From Cyanophora paradoxa CCMP329 (lineage: Eukaryota > Plantae > Glaucophyta), in NCBI GenBank assembly GCA_004431415.1, contig QPMI01000361.1:1-42348 (forward strand): a stretch of 42,348 bases of DNA. Reading direction: 5' to 3'. The position numbers and the translations under genes are program-made. The notes beneath the pieces are model-generated. The model did no database searches. It was not told where the DNA came from and saw only the letters and a program-made list of their open reading frames with translations. Below, piece after piece: positions 1 through 12,000 of this stretch; positions within the stretch are counted from its first letter, which is position 1; each line of letters opens with the position of its first letter.

Positions 1-140
1 CGTCGGCCGGGCGCGGACAGTACTAGTACTATATAGCTAGTACTAGTTATAGGTTTAGAGACAAACACACGAATTCGAAACGCACAGCGCCCGGCGCCGG
101 CCCGCGGCGCCGGCCGCAGTGCCGCCGCACGCGTACGCAC

Positions 141-410
141 CTGTTGTAGCTGCTGCAGCTGGACTTGGGGGTCATCAAGCTGCTGCAGTTTGGCTGGCAC
201 GCCGCGTTCCATGCACTGCTGGAAGAGCTTCTCGTAGAAAAGGTCCTTGGCCTTCGATGGCCCGCCCCGAATTCGAACTTTCGCCACCTCTGCTCGGGCA
301 TAGTCGTTGCAGACGCTAGGACTGAACTTCGGCCGGGGCAGAGGCATCCTGACGTCGACGCGGCGCGGGTTGTGTTGGTGTACCGGTATCTTATCCGATC
401 TGATCGCAAT
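141..410 (-). CDS. Probable internal exon of an unidentified minus-strand gene
   Basis: Stop-free 90-codon frame (IAIRSDKIPVHQHNPRRVDV...AKDLFYEKLFQQCMERGVPAKLQQLDDPQVQLQQLQQ) bounded by a TGCAG acceptor and a GTGCGT donor typical of this window. No family recognised. Confidence 0.35.
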
Positions 411-1177
411 CTGCACGTGCAACGGGCTGTACCCCGGGACGCGTACGTATACGTATACGCTGGCGGCGCCGGCGCCGGCGGCAGCGCACGTGTGTCGCGA
501 TCGGCGGCGCGGGCGAGCTGCAGGCTTAAGCGCGCGGCCGGGCGCGCATTTCTTGCCATGGGCCATGGCCAACTGCAAGTTGATCATCGAATTTATCGAT
601 GATTTGGATCCTGCCAGGCTTTGGCAGGCTGCACTGCAAATTTAACGCCGCGCGTGCGCGCCCGCGCGCGGCCGGCTGCCAGGCTGGCCGCGCCGTCGGA
701 CCGTCGGACGCCGGCCGCGGCCGCGGCCGCCACGCATGCATCATGGCATGCGCACGGCCGCGTAGCTGGCGGGCCAGTGGCGGCGCATGTCGCATGCACA
801 GCGGCAGGCCTAAGCCGCCTAGGCGGCCGCGGCCTAGCTACCGTGGCGCCGCGGCTCAGCGCCGCGGCGCCGCGGCGGCGGCTGCAGCCTAGCGCTAGCG
901 CAAGCCCGGAATTTCGAATTTCGAAGCTGATCATCATATGATCCTAGCAAATGCCGTGATCATGATCTCGCTGACGTACACGTCGACGCGTACGCGCGGC
1001 GCGATCCGCGCGCGCGCCGGCGGATCATCGGATCGTCCTGGCGCAGGCCGCGCAGTGCGCGAGCTCCGGCCGGGACCGAATCTCCTCAATGCAAAATCGA
1101 AAAGAAGCGTGTGGGGGTACGCGGTCGTTTCTCGGCTAGCACAACACACGACGCATATTGCGAGCAAGGGAGCCACG

Positions 1178-4100
1178 ATGCGCGTCGCGGCGATGCCGCC
1201 CGCGTCGCGGACCGCCTTGGACGACGTAGGGAAGATGCTGAAGGTTCGCCACGAGCACCCGCGCTCGCTTGGTCCCCTCCGACTCGCCCGCAGTCGTTGG
1301 TCTCGCAAACAACGGAACCATCGGCCTCGGACTTCAGTTTCTTCTCGTACGCCGAGATTTGGAGGCCTTCAGTGGCCACCCAGGTGCGCTGAGAGCAGCC
1401 GCGTCATCCGAGCTGTCACCGACTCGCGACCGCTCGGGGGCCCACCAGATCGGCGCGGACATGGCGCGCACGTACGAGTATTTGACTTTGGAGCCGGAGC
1501 ACAGCGTTAGACAGCCTTTGGATGAGGCGAGGGTCGCTCGATACCGAGTAGCCGCGCAGCCCGTACGCCTGAGCAAAGGTGTGCATCTCGTCCCCCATTC
1601 GCCCATATATAGCTCGTGATAGTTCTCCTTTGCAGGCGAGGGCATCGCCGGGCGCGCGTGGTTGTTCGAGGAGTACGAGTGTACGCTCTGCCGCGTCCGC
1701 GCGTCCAGAATCTGTCTCCTCTTCCGCTGACGGAGGAGTACGAACCAGGGCTGGTGGATTGCGCGACAATGCCAGGCGTCTGCTGTCCGCTCAACGACGT
1801 GGCGGATCTGGCCGGCTTTCGCTCCGCAGTGCGTCCACATGTGCTCGGGAGCACGCTCGCGTCCGCCCACTCCCCGGCAGCTGGCGGTGCCGTGCTTCAA
1901 CGCGGGAGGGTCTTTGATGGCGGTTTTCGTTCTGTACGCGGCGTTTCCGAGCGAAGAGCCCGCCGGCGTTGTCCGCGCAGGTGTCCGATGCGGACGCCCG
2001 CGCGCCAACCCGGGAGCCGCCTCTGACGCCTCCCGCTCATGATGCGCAGTGATCTCGGAGGCGTCGCGGCGATTGGGGAAGGGCTCCATATACATCGGGA
2101 GGCGGAAGCCGCCGCCAGTCTCCGAGCTCACGAGCCCCGCCGTCCTCCAGTATTTGAAGTCCTCGTGCGCTCCCGCGCGCCCCGCGGGCGGCGGTTCCGC
2201 GCAATCTGACATCGCGCCGGCGCCGGGCAGGCCGAACTCGCGTACCCTGGACCAGGTCCGGGGCTTCCTGCAGGCGTGCCCGGCGCTGCCGCTGCTGCGC
2301 AAGTTCGCGGTGGCCGCCGAGGCGCTCGCCGCGTCGGCCGTGCTCGTCGAAGCGTCCCCCGGCACCGTCGGCGCGCCTCGCCCGGCCCGCGTTCCGCGCC
2401 GGGCCGCGCTCACGCCCGCCCCGCAGTGTACGCGGCCGGCGAGGTCGGGAGGGGTACCGCGTACGTCGTCCTGGACGGGCGCGTCGTGATCAACGAGCAG
2501 CCGTCGGGCGCCGGTTCGATCCTGCTCGGGCCCAGTTCCTCGTTCGGGGAATCGGCCCTCTTCTGCCCCTTCCTGCCCCGGATCAGCTCAGCCACCGCGG
2601 GGGAGGCCACGCGACTGAGTCCGCCCCTTTCACCCGCCGTCCCCCCGCACGCCGGCCCGCTCACCGGCGCCCGCGCCCGCGCGCAGTGTGCATCGAGCTC
2701 CACGGAACCGTCCGCGCTCACCTGATGTCCCTGGCCCCCCCCGCCCTTCCCGCGCGGGACGCGTCGGCCGTCCGGCCGGCCGCCGGCGGCCCCTTGCGAG
2801 GTCCGTGTACCCTTCTCCAGCGCGCAATCGCCGCGCCGGGCGCCCGTCCGAGCGGCGCGGCGCGGCGGGCGCAGGCCTGATGGCGGCGCACGTGGCCGGC
2901 TCCTCCTCCGACCTGCTCTCGGCCCTCTCCCTCACCGCGCCGCCCTCGCCGCCCTCCCCCAGCTCCCCCGTGCCCCGCTCCCCGCTCTCAGGCGGCGGCT
3001 CCGACGGCTGGGTGCCCGAGCCGGGCTCCCTCTCCGCGCCCCCGAGGCCCCGGACCGTGAAGGAAGATGAGGAGGCGGTGGAGGAGGAGGAGGAGGAGCA
3101 GGAGCAGGGGAACGGGCAGGCGAACGCGGCCGCGCAGGGCGAGGGCCAAGGCCAGGCGCAGCAGGCGCCGCAGCGCGTCTCGAAGGAGATCAAGATCGAG
3201 TACGACATACTCAAGCGCTGCTTCGCGATGCCGCTGCAGCAGGCGGCAAGGCACCTGGGCGCGTTCCGCGTACCCTCCCTTTCCGGCCCCGCTCAGCTGA
3301 TCGGACCCCTCCGCCTTCGGCGCGCGCAGGCGTGTGCGCAACGACGCTGAAGAGGATATGCAGGACGTACAACATCCCGAGGTGGCCCGGGCGCACGGTG
3401 CGGCGGGCCGGGGGTCCGGGACCCGCCCGGACTCGAACCCGGATTCTGCGCAGGTTCGCAGGGACGAGAAGGCTGCTGCGCGGCGCGGGAGGCACTCCCG
3501 CGAGCGCGAGCGGTCCGCGCAGGGCCAGTCCGACTCGGGGTGCGAGCGCCCCCCGGGCCTCCGGCCCGCCGGGCCGTTCGCGTACCCCCGCTGACGTCCC
3601 TTTCTTCCTCCCAGCGACGGCGCGCGGTCGCCCCGCTCGCTCTCCCCCGGCGTCTCCCCCCCGGGGGGGCAGGGGTACCCCGACGACGACTCGGCTGTCC
3701 CGTCTTCGGCGCGGCCCTCGCCGCACGTCGGACCCCGGGCCCCGTCGTCCGCTGGGGCGGTCCCGGGCTCGAATCTGAAGCGCTCCTCGTCCTTCCAGGG
3801 CCCCGGGGCGCCTCCGGAGCTCGCCCTCGGGCCACCCGGCCCGCCCCGCGTCGTGCGGCGGCCCCCGCCGCTCTCGCCCTCGGCCCTCTCCGCCCCCGCG
3901 CCCCCCGGCCCCAAGTCGGCCTCCTCCTCCACCTCCTCCACCTCCGCCTGCGTCCCGTCCTTCTTCGCCGGCTCGTCCCCGCCGTCGGCGCCGCCGCTCC
4001 GGCGCGCCGCCTCGGCGCAGGCCCTCTCCCGCATCCGGGACACGGTGCTCGCGGAGCTGGGCGCCGCCGCCGGCCCCGCCTCCTCGCCGGCCCCGGCGCC

Positions 4101-4514
4101 CTCTGCCGGCCCCGCCGGCCCTGCTGCCTCCTCCCGCCCCGCCAAGCGCTGCTCCTCCGCCGCATCGCTTCAGAACGCCGCCGGCTCCCCCGCGCCGGCC
4201 GCCGCCGCCGCCGCGCTGCACCCCGCCGGCGGCGGTCGCGGGATCGGATCCCGGCGGAGGACCTTCCACTCGCTGGAGAAGCTCAACGCCGGCGAGTCGC
4301 TCGTGCTCTCCTCGTGCAGCGACGCCGCATCGGTCCCGGGCTCCCGCAGCCGCACGCAGACGCCTCTCTCGGGGTACAACGACTCGGCCGGCGGCTCCTT
4401 CCGGAACGGCAGCGCCGTCGCAGGGACCGCCTCCGCCTCCTCATCCGCCGAGGATGCCCCTCTGAGCAAGCTGCGGCGCACGACCGTCACGCCGCCGGCG
4501 CCGGCGCCGGCCGC

Positions 4515-4580
<66 letters not shown>

Positions 4581-6153
4581 GGCGGCAGCCGAGCCGGCGG
4601 CCGTCGCTGCCGCCGCCGTGAGCTCTCTCCAGCTGGGACCCTGGGGCCTTGGCTCGGTCAGCGAGGACGGCCCGGCACCCCAGGCGAGTCCCCTCTTCCC
4701 TTTCCCTTGCTCCGCGCCGCCCTCCTGACCTCCGGACAGGCGTGGGAGCTGGGCCCCGCCGACGCCGCCGCGTGGGCGCCCGGGAGCCTGGACGTCAACG
4801 CTCTGTCGGCCCGCGACCTCTGGTCCATGATGCAGGCCCGCCGTCGCCCCCGCCCCGCTTCATCTGGCCGCCTCCTCTTCTGCCTCTGCCTCTGAACCTC
4901 GCCGGCGCAGCTGGACCCCGTCGACGAGGCCTCCCTCCTGGCTCTGGACCAGCTCGCGGCGCTCGCGGCGCCGCCCGCGCCGCCCCCCACCCCGGTGCGC
5001 CCTCCCGCCCCCGCCGTGCCCCCGCGCTCTTGACTCGCGCGCCTTCCCCGGCCGGCGCTGCAGGCCCCGCGCCCGCCGGCGGCGGCAGCGGTCAAGCTGG
5101 AGCCGCTGGAGCTCCCGGGGCCGGCCCTGGCCGCCTCCTCCTCCTCCGGCCTCGTTTCGTCGGTGCGGCCGCCGCCCCGCCCGCCGCCGCCGCCCGCCGC
5201 TGTCCGCCGCGGCTTTGCTCAGACGGTTCTCCCCCTCGCAGCTCGAGCTGCCGGGCCCTGGGGCGACGTTATGGGCGCATCCTCCTGCGTCGCCTGGCCC
5301 AGGTGCCGTACCCCCCCCCCCCCCCCCCCCCCCTTCTTCTCACCGCCGGGTCCCCCGCAGCCCCTCGGCAGACGCGACGGGCGTGGCCCGCCCCAAGCCG
5401 ATCGCCGTCCCGGCGCCCCCCGCGCACCCCATCGCCGCCTCCGCCGGCCACAGCCCGTCCTCGGGAGAACGTACCCTCCTCCAGATGGCCCTGGCGGGTA
5501 AGGAGATCACCGTCAAGGCCTCGCTCCGGTACCCCCTCCCCTTCCGCACCCGCCCCCCCGCACTCGTACCCCCCGAACGACCCGCCCGCGCAGGCGCCCC
5601 GACGGCGCTCTCCACTTCGTTCGCGTTCGAGTCTCGGGCGGCACGAAGGTCCAGGTCCGGCCTACCTACCCCGCCCCCGCATCCAAGCGCACCCTTTCAA
5701 ACCCGGGCCCCTCTGACCGGCTTCTTTCGACTTCTTTCGGCGGAGCAGGAGCTGCAGGCGGAGCTGGTGCGGGCGTTCGGGCCTGCGCTCGTGGCCCCCG
5801 GCTCGGGCCTGCGGCTGCGCCACTTTGGCGAGGCGCGGCCGCCCCCCGGGGACCTCGCGGACGATGCTTCCCGCGCCGGCGAACCCCTCGACTCGGACAC
5901 GTGCGCCCCGCTTCTCCGCTCCGCTTCTCTCCGCTCCGCTCCGCTTCCGCGGCTGAGGCGCGGCCCGCGCGCAGCCGGTGGTTCATCGCGGCGGCCAGCA
6001 CGCTCCTGCACGGCCGCGAGGTCCTCCACGTCCACGCCCAGGTTCGAATCCGCCCGGTTCCCCTTTCTTTCTTCCTCGGTCCCTTCCTTCCCCGGCCCGG
6101 CCCGCCCTGACGCGCGCCCTGCGCCGCCCGCTCAGCTCGCGCCGCGGAGCTGA
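1178..6153 (+). CDS. Multi-exon RWP-RK transcription factor, NLP/NIT2-like: GAF, cNMP-binding, RWP-RK, polyQ and C-terminal PB1-like domain
   Basis: Manual splicing from ATG 1178. GAF: YAEIWRP...KGEGIAGRAW...GFRSALAVPCFN..GSLMAVFVLY (~1300-1950). cNMP: AYVVLDGRVVI...FGESALFCPFLPRISSATA (~2430-2610). RWP-RK: IEYDILKRCFAMPLQQAARHLG|VCATTLKRICRTYNIPRWPGRT (3190-3400). Then Q21, and EITVKASLR...ELQAELVRAFG...LRLRHF (PB1-like, weaker). Stop TGA at 6151-6153. Confidence 0.85.
4516..4578 (+). repeat. (CAG)21 pure trinucleotide repeat encoding polyQ
   Basis: Counted directly; lies in frame within ORF 3853-4728 of the RWP-RK gene. Confidence 0.95.
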
Positions 6154-6358
6154 GGCGGGGTGCGATTTCGCTCGCGTTCCGCGATGGTATGCAATTATGA
6201 TCAACACGATTCTTGATTTCGCCGCTCGTTGTTCCCTTTGTAGTGGAGTGATTGCTTATTTGTTTCCTCGTCTGCTCACAATCCCCGCCTGCGGCGCCTG
6301 TACATACGTGCTAGAGCTATACATATCCATGCAGCGTGTTAGCGCTAGCGGACAGGCA

Positions 6359-6378
6359 TCTCTCTCTCTCTCTCTCTC
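6359..6378. repeat. (TC)10 microsatellite
   Basis: Seen directly downstream of the RWP-RK stop codon. Confidence 0.9.
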
Positions 6379-7488
6379 TTTCTCTTGTAGCCTCCTCCTT
6401 GTAAGATTTCCGTCGTGCCCTTGTGATTCTAGACAGATCTCAGATCCTTACCTGCCGGCTCTGTTAAGACGAGTGTACAATAAGACAGTTCGCTTCTATC
6501 CCCTTGTAGTCGTTCCTCGACCTTTGAGATTCGTCGAGATCTCTGCAGAAACAATTATTCCTTTATTACCAACATTTTATGTCAGACTCAGTTTGCACAT
6601 ATCCATCTTCTAGACAGCTGTAGGCAGTCATTTGCAATTGCAGGCCCGGGATGGCTTAGTGGGGCGCGCTTTGATGCCACAGGTTTCGGTTTCCATTTAA
6701 TTCTCAGCTGCAGCTTTCCATAGCTCGTATTCAAATTCGACTTCAGTCTTCAATTCCGCTCGTTTCAAAACATACGGCGCAGCTTCGAGCGACTGCTCAA
6801 CTTCACAGAAGAATTTCGGTACCGTAGTACATGCACTCTTGCGAGAACATTTATGCAGGCCTTTCTTCGATTCGCGTCCGGACGCTAGCTCGCGCTTTCC
6901 TCAGGTCGAGCCTCTCGATCGTAAATTCGCGCCGGTCGCTTCGAATTCCTAGCTGTAGAGTCACTGAGTTCGAATTCATAGCCTGTGTCCGGAGCCTGGT
7001 TTCCGCCCTGTAGAGATGTATGCGGCCAGAAATTGGCCTGGAATACAAGGCTATGCGTGCATGAACAACAGGCCCCCATGGCCAGCTGCAGCTGCAGCCT
7101 GGCAGCAGATACAGAAAACCGTTGGCCATATGCATGGATGGCTTGATCGATAGCCGCCGGCACCCATGACCATGGCGCGGCCCGCACTCACGCGTGCGGT
7201 CCGTCGACGTCACGGAACGGACTCCGGCGAGCTCGAGCTCGAGTCATCTGACTGTTCCCGCCGTGTCGCCGCCCGAATTCATCTGAAGGGGGTACCTAGT
7301 TTGCTGACGTAGGCCAGCAGCTTCTCGAAGTCTCTGACAGAGCAGACCCCGCAACGAAAGGTGAGCGTTCTCACGCTGAATTGGCCATTTCGAAGCACGC
7401 GGGCTCCGAACACAGCTGATTCTGCGCCCTCGCGCACCTTTCCCCAGACAATCCGCTCCGACCAGTGCAACTTGACAACTTCGCTCCC

Positions 7489-8738
7489 ATGGAGACCATC
7501 TCCAACTTCTTCACGGGCAACCGTGGGCCCCGCTTCTCCGCGGATGCCGTGTTCAGCACAAAGCCGCTCACCGAGCCCGTGCGGGCCCACCTTATGCGTG
7601 TCTACTCCACTCTCGCGGCGTGCCTCCTCTCTGCGGCCCTTGGCTCCATGTCCTTCGTGAAGGTTCGCGGGCCTCCGGCTTTTTTCTGACCCATCGACCG
7701 CCGTTCGAATCTGCCATGCCATCGCCACGATTAGGCTCGCTCTCGTGCTGCCATGGGCTTTACGGCAGCGGCTTCCGGAATCCGGCTTCCCCGCGTCCTT
7801 CGACCTTATCCGGTGTTCGGAACGTGATCCTTGACGCGCAGTTCGGCTTCGGCGGCGGCGCGGCAGCAGCTCTGGGGTCTCTATTCTCGATGCTCTATCT
7901 CGCATTCACGCCCTACATGCCCGGCAACGTCCAGCAGCAGCAGAAGCGCACTCTGGCGCTCATGGTGGTGCGTTCCTGGTTCCCCGCGTCGATCGCGGCC
8001 GGGCTTCTCCGCCTGGCCATCACACGACGCGTAGCTAACGCTGCTTCTCGCGGCCACGTTCGCAGATGGCGTTCTTCCACGGCAGCAACCTGGGCCCGCT
8101 CATCCTCATGAGCCTCTACGTCGACCCGATGATCATTGTGACCGCGCTCATCGCCACGACGGCGATCTTCGTCTGCTTCTCCGGCGCCGCGATCTACGCG
8201 AAGCGCCGGGAGTACCTGTACCTCGGCGGCGTCCTGAGCAGCGCGCTGATGGTCATGTGCATCACGAGCCTGCTGAACATGTTCTTCCGCATCCGCATCA
8301 TCTACGAGGTGCGGCGCGCGGGGGGCGCGCTGCTCGCCGCGCGCCCGGTGTCGAGCGCCCGCCTCGCAGATGGAGCTGTATGCGGGCCTCCTGATCTTCT
8401 GCGGGTACATCCTGTTCGACAGCCAGCTCATCATCGAGAAGGCGTTCGCCGGCAACCACGACGAGGTCAGCCGCGCCCCGCGCGCATCCGCCGCGTTCCG
8501 CGCCCCGCGCCCCGCGCCGACGCGCCGCGCGCCCCCGCAGGTGTCCCAGGCCCTCGAGCTCTTCCTTGACCTGGTCCAGATCTTCGTGCGCATCCTCATC
8601 ATCCTGCTCAAGAACAAGGAGAAGGTGGGCGCCGCCCGCGGCGGATTACTTTAACCCATCGTGCGCGGACCCTGACCCGCCCGCCCGCCCGCGCAGGAGC
8701 GCCAGGAAAAAAACCAGCGCGACTCTCGCCGCCGCTAA
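7489..8738 (+). CDS. BI-1: Bax inhibitor-1 (TMBIM6 family), multi-exon
   Basis: METISNFF...VRAHLMRVYSTLAACLLSAALGS; GSNLGPLI..DPMIIVTALIATTAIFVCFSGAAIYAKRREYLYLGGVLSS; ELYAGLLIFCGYILFDSQLIIEKA; ALELFLDLVQIFVRILIILLKNKEK|ERQEKNQRDSRRR*. All introns are GT-AG. Likely 5'UTR intron at 7361-7465. Confidence 0.95.
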
Positions 8739-9093
8739 GCGCGTAAGCGCGGCGCCGGCGAGAAGCCAGCATCCTGAACGCCTATGTGCATTCTTCTCCG
8801 TCGAGCATTCTGACACGTACTAGCGTGCATAGCGTAGCTCTTGTGGATACTTGTACTATGTAACCTGAATGGGAACACTGGGGTATTTCATGCAATCTCA
8901 ACCAATTCGTGCACTGCTTTCTCGCGCGCCCCTCCGAGGCTCGGCCCCGGGCCCCGGGGCTGCCCCGGCGCGCGGCGTCTCGGGAATGCAAATGAAATGC
9001 ATATGTATCGATCTGGATATTCTTACACCTTGATCGCGCCTATCGGCCTATGACGGCGACGTCGGACACGCGGGCGGCGGGCGGCGGGCTAGC

Positions 9094-12000
9094 CTAGCCG
9101 GCGGTCGCCTGGAGGGCCGGCTGCATGCCGAGCTGCGCCTGCATCGCCTCGATCCGTCGGAGGAGGTCCCGAGAGCGCGGCGTGAGGACCCTGCGCGCGC
9201 GGGGCGCCCGGCGGTCAGCGGGGGAAAGAAAGGCGAGGGGGGTACGAGGGTGGTGGCGCACAGCCCGGAGGACGAGTCGCCGGAGCCGTGCTGGCGGCGC
9301 TTGGGGGAAGGGGAGCGGGAGGAGGGAAGGGGCTGGGAAGGCGTCCCGCTGGGGGCCGGGAGGGCCGGCGGGGGCGGAGCGGCGGGGGCGGCGCCTTCGG
9401 GAGGGGGCGCCAGCCGGCGGCGGATGTCGTCGCTGCGCCGGAACGTGAGCGGGAGGGGCGCCGAGGACCGGCCGCGGGGAGTAAGCTCAAAGGGGGTACC
9501 GGAGGCGCTCGATCTCGGCCTCCACAGAGTCGCGGCGGGCGGAGGCGTCGCCGTCGGCGTCGCTGGAGCCGCTGGAGGCGGCGATGGGCGCGGGGGCGCT
9601 CAGGTCCGAGGCCGCCGCCACGCTCGAGAGGCCCGGCGACAGGGCGCCGAGGGGCGTCGGGCCCGCCCGCCCCGCCGACGCGCCCCGCAGCGCGCTCCGC
9701 ACCGCCGCGCCGCCCTCGCGCGCCGTCCGGCGGGCCCGCGGCGCGTGCGGCGAGCGCTGCGCGTGCGGCTCGGACGGGCCCGAGAGGGCGGCGGCGGCGA
9801 TGGGCGCCGCGGGGCCGGAGAAGGCCGTCGGGGGGCGCGAGAGGGCCTCGGAGGAGGCGTGGGAGGAGAGGAGGGCGCCCCCGCGGGCGCGCCCCCCGCC
9901 GCCCTCGCGGTCGCGATCACGATCACGATCGCGATCGAAGCCGGCGTCGCCGGGCCCGCCGGGGGACGAGATCGTCGTCCCCGTGGAGTGCCCGCCCCGG
10001 TCCCGGTCCCGGTCCGGGCCCGCGCTGAGCTCGACCAGGAACGACGAGCCGGAGGGCCCGCCCCCGACGGCCTCCAGCCCGGCGCCGGCGCCGGCCCCGG
10101 CGCCCTCGGAGCGCCTGCTCTCCTCCATCAGCTGCACCTGGTACTCCAGCTTCCTGTGGCGCGCAGTACCCGTCAGCGCCCCGCCGCTCGGCCCGGCCCC
10201 GTACCCCTCCCCGCTCGCCTCAGGGACGCATCCTTCTCGAGCGAGTCGTCCTCGAGCCGGTTGCGCTCCTCGCGCGCCCGCGCCAGCTCCTGCTGCGCGT
10301 CCACCAGCTGTACCCCCCACGCCGTCAGGAAAGAGCGCGTGCTTGTACCCCCGCGCCGCCGCCCGCCCGCGGCACCTGCTTCTGGAGCTCCCGGATGCGC
10401 AGGTCCCGAAGCTCGATCGTCTGCACCAGCGTCGCGTTCGCGACCGTCACCTGTGGGGAGGGGAGGGGTACAGGGTCAGCTCCGTGTGAAGAGGGGTACG
10501 GCGCTGTGCGGGGAGGGGGTACGCGGCGCGCCTTCCGCTGCAGGTCGATGAGGGCGGCCTCCTGCTCCGCCTTCTCGCGCGTCAGGCGGCCCTCCGCCGC
10601 GTCCTGTGGGGTACCCGTGCTCAGGAGACGAAGGGGGGTACGCGATCCGATCCGATCCGGTCGGAGAATGGGGGTACCTTGACGTCGAGGAGGCGGCGGA
10701 GCTCGCCGGCGATCTCGAAGCTCTGTGCCAGCTTCTCCTGCCGCTCCTGCAGGCGAGCGGGTGAGCGGGCAGGCGGTCGAAGAAAACGAGAGCGCTCTCT
10801 TCTCTTCCGGCGCACCTGCAGGGCGCGCTCGAGGCGCTCGCGCTCGTCCTTGGCCCGCCGCTCCGACCGCTCCAGCTCCGCCTGCTTCTCTGCGGGGCGG
10901 GGGGCAAGGAAGCTCAGCCGCCCCGCCCCGTTTTTCGTAGGGCCGGGCGGGCGGACCCTCGAGGACGGCGCGGAGCTGGTAGAGCGCCTGCTCGGCGCTC
11001 TGCCGCTCCAGCAAGCTGTGCACCGCCTGCGCCCGCCCGCGCGTGAGGCGCGCCCCGCGGCCCGCACGAGCCCCGAATCGGAAGTTAATGGCTATAAGTC
11101 GCATAGTGTTAACGTTGTGCGTGGCAGACTGCCCAAAGACAGCGACCGCCGCACCTGCGACGTCGCCTCGTCCTGGCGCGCCGAGGTGGCCTCCGAGAGG
11201 CGCGCCACCTGCCCCGGCCCGGCGTTAGAGGAGGATGGGGGGGGGGAGAGGAGAGGGGGGGGTACGCGCCTCGGACTGGAGCTCGCGCTCGCGGGCCTCG
11301 CGGCGCTCGAGCTCGCCCCGCAGCGCGTGCTCGACCATCGCCGACTCCTCCAGCGACTTCCCGAGGCCCTCCTGCGCGGCGCGGGCGGGCGCGTGAGGCG
11401 TGAGGCGTGCGCGGAGAGGAGTGTGGCGCGGGAGGGAGGGAGGGGGCCGCACGATCTGGCGCCGGGCCTCGGAGTGGGCCTGCTGGGCCCGCGCCAGGTC
11501 CGCGTTGAGCGCGTGCACCCGCTCGAAGAGCCGGACCTGAGATAGGCGTCAAGAAAGGACCGCCGAGACGAAACAAAGCAAAAACAAAGACGCGCCTGCT
11601 CCAGGTCGCTGTTGACGAGGCGCGCCTCGAGCGCATCCGCGCGCGCCCGCTGGTCCTCCCCTTCCCGAACCGCCTGAGGGATGAAAGGGGGGCGGATGAG
11701 CGAAAGGGACGGAAGGGATGGAAGGGCACGCTCGCCTGCTCGCGCTGCTCGCGGGAGCGCTGGCGGAGGGCGTCCCGCCACTCGCCGAGCGCCGCCCGCC
11801 GCGACTCGCACGCGCGCCGCGCGCAGAGGCTCGCCACGACCCGCTCGGCGGCGCGCCGGGAGCGGCTCCAGTGGAGCCACGCGCGGAAGGCCGACGCGGC
11901 GCGCCGCCTCTCGAAGACGCGGCTGAGCGCGGCCGCCCGCAGCCCGCTGTGCGCGTACTCTGCGGCCGCCGGGGGGAGCTCGTGAGCCGGGCCGGCCTCT

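Noticed and set aside
6380-7250. Possible decayed gene between the RWP-RK gene and BI-1
   Set aside because: Some splice-like signals on the minus strand but no consistent frame or recognisable motif.
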